DNA from: Raillietiella orientalis
Lineage: Eukaryota
Direction of reading: 5' to 3'
DNA: 64,000 nt
NCBI GenBank assembly: GCA_036172245.1
Contig: JAYWIR010000036.1
Coordinates: forward strand, 1,984,001-2,048,000
Shown here: positions 63,939-64,000 of the stretch, in pieces
Layout of the letters: each line of letters opens with the position of its first letter
Numbering within the stretch: position 1 is the stretch's first letter
Notes under the pieces: generated by a model
Told to the model about the DNA's origin: nothing
Database searches by the model: none
What the model saw: the letters and a program-made list of their open reading frames with translations, nothing else
Program-made: the position numbers and the translations under genes

Positions 63939-64000
63939 CCGGCCGGTGGGAGCCGACGGCGAGATGGCGACGCGCGCGCTCGCAATGGCGCCTCCTCAGC

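Overview
This is eukaryotic, most likely arthropod, genomic DNA; the taxon is inferred from the catenin sequence only. One intact host gene is supported: a p120/delta-catenin-family armadillo-repeat gene on the minus strand. I traced it by hand as 14 phase-compatible GT-AG coding exons from 53805 to 40099 (2700 nt, 899 aa plus stop, ending in DSWV); one 102-nt exon is tentative. Much of the rest is a dense mosaic of decayed retroelement fragments in both orientations. These include many L1/Tx1-like pieces across 1-33 kb, RT/RNase H and RTE-like pieces, a Penelope-like GIY-YIG remnant and an R2/NeSL-like nuclease remnant. There are also four copies of an ~0.8-kb tRNA-headed SINE-like element with an internal ~40-bp tandem array. 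The most curious observations are that SINE-like family, a structured 3' end shared by two L1/Tx1 copies, an 89-bp ~93%-identical block inside two otherwise diverged elements, an unidentified coding-like frame with a single stop at 27.2-27.5 kb, and a possible signal-peptide exon at 33.8-33.9 kb. All TE calls rest on by-eye motif recognition in frameshifted sequence, so their boundaries are approximate. I found no CRISPR array, rRNA or intact tRNA.
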